Shown here one piece after another: positions 9,520 to 10,902 of a stretch of DNA of 10,902 nt. The notes under the pieces are model-generated. The model worked only from the letters and a program-made list of their open reading frames with translations, did no database searches and had not been told where the DNA came from. A program made the translations under genes and the position numbers. This stretch comes from Octopus sinensis (Eukaryota), in assembly GCF_006345805.1 (NCBI RefSeq), contig NW_021827155.1:1-10902 (forward strand). Direction: 5' to 3'. Position 1 is the first letter of the stretch, and every line of letters starts with the position of its first letter.

Positions 9520-9654
9520 AAGAAGAAGAAGAAGAAGAGGAGGAGGAGGAGGAGGGGGAGGAGGAGGAAGTAGAAGAAGAAGAAGAAGAAGAGGAGGAGG
9601 AGGGGGAGGAGGAGGAGGAAGTAGAAGAAGAAGAAGAAGAAGAAGAAGAAGAAG
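9520..9654. repeat. (GAA)/(GGA) polypurine tract with ~50-bp higher-order duplication
   Basis: 135 nt of purines on the + strand except T at 9571 and 9622. Confidence 0.97.
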
Positions 9655-9770
9655 CTTTCATTCTACTTTAGTCAGCAAAAACTACTGGTCAAGTATAGAG
9701 GTCGATGGAATCAATTAAGCCCCCATTTTTCAAATTCCAGAACTTGTGGTTATGTTAGAAATAATTATTA
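9654..9770 (+). mobile_element. SINE family 'B', diverged 3' half (copy 5)
   Basis: gctttcattc...gtcaagtatagaggtcgatggaatcaattaagccccc...caaattccagaacttgtggttatgttagaaataattatta is colinear with 8983-9095. Confidence 0.6.
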
Positions 9771-9772
9771 TA

Positions 9773-9975
9773 GGATGGTAGGTTGGCAGAGTAGTTAGAA
9801 TCCCGGACAAAATGCCTTGTGGAATTTGTTCAGATACTTTACCATCTGAGTTGCTATCCCACTGAGACCAACTTGGCAATTCATCCTTTCAGAAACAATA
9901 AAAATAATGTATGAATCAAGTGTTGAGGGCGATGGCATCGACTAATCAACTCTCATAAAAATTACTGGCCCAATT
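9773..9975 (+). mobile_element. SINE family 'B', near full-length but old/diverged (copy 6)
   Basis: Head ggttggcagagtagttagaatcccggacaaaatgcc, then tctgagttg, tcatcctttc, gggcgatggcatcgact and aaaattactggcc. All blocks are colinear with copies 2-4. Confidence 0.7.
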
Positions 9976-10902
9976 ATTATCATAAGTAGTAGCGTTGGAG
10001 AAATATGCCATGTGTGCTTCCTGTGCTACACCGACAGTAGTCAGGTGCAAGCATAAAAATCTTCAGATTAAGAAATTACGTCTGAGAATGTAACAAGCCC
10101 CTAGTTTATTAGTTTAGTTTTTGTTGTTGTTGTTTTCGTTTTCTTGTTTTTTTTTTTGTTTTTTTTATATAACAAATCGAGATTCTATACAGCGTGACAT
10201 TAGCTAATACTACTTTTTGAAAGGTGCCCATTTCTACTTTATAGGTAACAGAAATAGTTGTGTAATAATTCACTATACACATAACTAATGGAGAGCTAGG
10301 TTTTTAGTTCAACCACTATTTCGTGTAATTCCTTAACTTCTCAGTTCGTTTCGGTACCAGATATTTTTGTTATTGGTAGTTCGATAATTAATACACTTTT
10401 ACGCTTTGTGTCAGTGTTATGGTTACTAATGACGTCAACCTGTATGCAGGTTTCCGTAGTAACATCGTATTAATCATATTTTGAGCAAGCACACTTTCAT
10501 GTAATATAGGGCTCTACCTCTGGAGTTGATGTATATAGAGAAATTTCGCAACGTTGTGCATACAATTGAATTTTGCTGGAATTAGAAGGGAATTAGAATG
10601 TCGTGTATTATTTCAGAAAATATGTCACTGGCAACATTTATCTAGTACATTGTGGGATTTCAACAGATTCCTTATAGCTATTAATGGTTTGTTTATGTAT
10701 GAGGAAAGCTATTACCATTCAAGCCAGAATCATTACTTATGTGTAAGATATTCAGTTCTCTTGAGTATGGAACATTTAAAGACATGCCTTTAGAATTGTT
10801 CGCTTAGGGCACCTTATGTGCTATATTTTGTAAACTTTAAAAAACAATATTAATAGTTATCCTGTATTTATCTCACGTGCTCAGTAGATATCTTAGCTCA
10901 TT

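Noticed and set aside
9068-9718. ORFs with poly-N, poly-I, poly-S, poly-R/G
   Set aside because: These are trinucleotide repeat translations between SINE copies.
8720-9975. CRISPR-like repeat/spacer array
   Set aside because: The repeats are long, diverged SINE fragments with pol III box-like motifs and microsatellite spacers in a eukaryotic context. There are no constant-length repeats or spacers and no cas genes.
10430-10437. Perfect CRE palindrome TGACGTCA
   Set aside because: A single 8-mer with no promoter context or nearby gene can easily be chance.

Overview
This is an AT-rich, non-coding (intergenic or intronic) eukaryotic window. It is most likely from an octopus genome, an inference from two SINE-like repeat families I recall from Octopus and from the extreme microsatellite load. 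Roughly half of the window is simple repeats: (TA)n, (CA)n, (CATA)n, (GATA)n, (TAA)n, (CAT/CAG)n and (GAA/GGA)n. Almost all ORFs in the supplied track are translation artefacts of these repeats. Two truncated minus-strand copies of one SINE family lie at ~4911-5110 and ~6565-6698. A head-to-tail, all-plus-strand cluster of six copies or fragments of a second, tRNA-headed SINE family lies at ~8720-9975. I recognise no protein-coding gene. A few splice-site-bounded exon candidates and two possibly decayed minus-strand coding islands are reported at low confidence. I found no convincing evidence of a novel multi-gene system. The most interesting structure is the modular SINE organisation: a tandem cluster, internally deleted mini-copies, an alternative 3' tail, and a hairpin module shared between the two families.
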